NCBI GenBank assembly: GCA_051294375.1
Contig: CM119265.1
Coordinates: 29,488,852-29,552,851 of the forward strand
DNA length: 64,000 nt
Direction of reading: 5' to 3'
Origin: Paraspadella gotoi
Taxonomy: Eukaryota > Animalia > Chaetognatha
The position numbers and the translations under genes are program-made. The notes under the pieces were generated by a model. That model searched no databases. It saw only the letters and a list, made by a program, of their open reading frames with translations, and was not told the DNA's origin. Numbering within the stretch: position 1 is the stretch's first letter; the number at the start of each line of letters is the position of its first letter. Shown one piece after another: positions 62,495 to 64,000 of this stretch.

Positions 62495-64000
62495 ATAAGA
62501 ACATTATCACAGTAAACAATACATGTAATTTAGGTCGGTCGGTCACTCGATCAGTTGGTCTTTCTCTTAAAGCTTTATTTATATAAATTAAATATTTAAT
62601 TCTGTTAATTAATTAATTAATTCGAATGTATTGACTATCAGCAATTAAGCCATACAATTAGACAAAGAGTCTGAAAAATTCTCTTCGAAAACAAATGTGC
62701 GTTACTTCAAGTGTTGACGTGACAGAGTCGCCTTGTCGATGAGGATTGAGAACAGTTGCTTTTGGAGAAACATATGAACACTTTCGATATTTGAGAAAAT
62801 TAAGAATGAATTTTAAATCATTTTTAAACTCCTCATTAAATTTCTGTAATGACGTACCAGATGAGGACAGTTTTAATTGAAAAACAAAACGACACATTGC
62901 TAGGTGATCTCTGAAACTTCATTGCTAAATTGATGCAAAAGTTAAATTTAGAAAAATAATGTTGGTTAAAATGACGACTTTATACAATGAAGGAGTCAGA
63001 CTTTGTGGCAGTGTGGCAACGTTGCCCTGGGCTTGCATTCGTTTGGCGAACGTCTGCAGCGACGCATTGACTAACCTTCAGATCCCGTGACCTGAGTCAG
63101 AGTTCCCTCTGAGAGAGGCTTAAATCTCACTGAGAATTTACTTGAGTTATGTAAATGACTTTTATGATTTTTATTGTTACTGAATTTTAACCCTGATCAT
63201 TGAGATAAAATACTGATAAAGTGAGGTTTGAGATGCGAATTTTAAAATCAAGGAACAACATAAGTAATAGTTCGCTCGTTAAATATTTTATTTCTAAAAG
63301 TATTTTTATCCTTAAGGTAAATAGAAATAGTATTTAAGCATTCTTATATGGTTTACAACTATGACTTTTACGGCTAATACTAATCTATTCACCTTAGCAT
63401 ATGAATTTCAGAGTTTGCAAAAATATTTTTTCCAAGTTTACATGTAAGACTTATGAAGAAAGTAAGCTAAGGAAGTAAGTTTGCGTGATAGAGAAATTGT
63501 TTGTTTTATTTTCAATTGACTAGAAATAAATTAGATCTTTATTTGTAGCTATGTTTTTGTTAAATTATTTTTCATTTGCCATTTTGTATTAATCCTCAAC
63601 ATGCACTGTGTTAGAAATGTATTCATATTTTCTTATTATTAATTTTTTATTATACAGTTTTATTAATTCCTTGTTCGTTTTCTTTTAAAAAATCTTAGTC
63701 TGCATTCTTCAAAACCGAAAGTCAAATAATTGAGACGCAAAATCGAGATTCGATGAAATTAAAAGCAAAGAAAGACAAAGTCCAGACTGACTTACTCTGC
63801 TTGAGGTAAGTTACGAAAGTCGCCGGATCCGATTACATTTTTGGTTCGATTCCATGTGGGATGAGATGAGGCATCAATCATTGACAACGTCTAAATACAA
63901 AATTGTTTGCGTAGCGGCTTAAGACCCTCAGTGACACCGCCCACGTAGGGAGAGGAGAGAAAACTATATAAAATATATAACCCTGGACATTAGCGAGAAA

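Noticed and set aside
62650-64000. Possible exons of a neighbouring gene upstream of flotillin
   Set aside because: Only short open frames, with no recognisable homology or consistent splice phases.

Overview
This is AT-rich, repeat-dense eukaryotic DNA, probably from a metazoan invertebrate. It comes from a draft assembly with N gaps and stretches of uncorrected long-read sequence. The one identifiable gene is a multi-exon flotillin-1 on the minus strand (46243-60574), with some exons hidden in gaps. Three further minus-strand candidates are present: a phase-consistent 3-4 exon model of an unknown single-pass membrane protein (32804-34525), a probable Ser/Thr-rich mucin-like exon with a GPI-type tail (about 8.0-9.6 kb), and two short candidate first exons. 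About 15 kb is probably assembly redundancy: a 9 kb tandem duplicate (8.1-17.0 vs 17.0-26.7 kb), a noisy copy at 1-2.3 kb, and a 3.5 kb fold-back copy of the flotillin 5' end. Mobile DNA includes DINE-1/Helentron-like elements, a non-autonomous hAT element, Tc1 fragments and a fold-back MITE. The most interesting signals are: (i) palindromic Penelope-type insertions carrying a minimal hammerhead ribozyme; (ii) a structured 235-bp element with an internal tRNA-like domain and 4-bp TSDs; (iii) a 220-bp element with 5-bp TSDs but no TIRs or tail; (iv) intronic minisatellites seeded at flotillin splice donors. All calls were made by eye and no database search was run.
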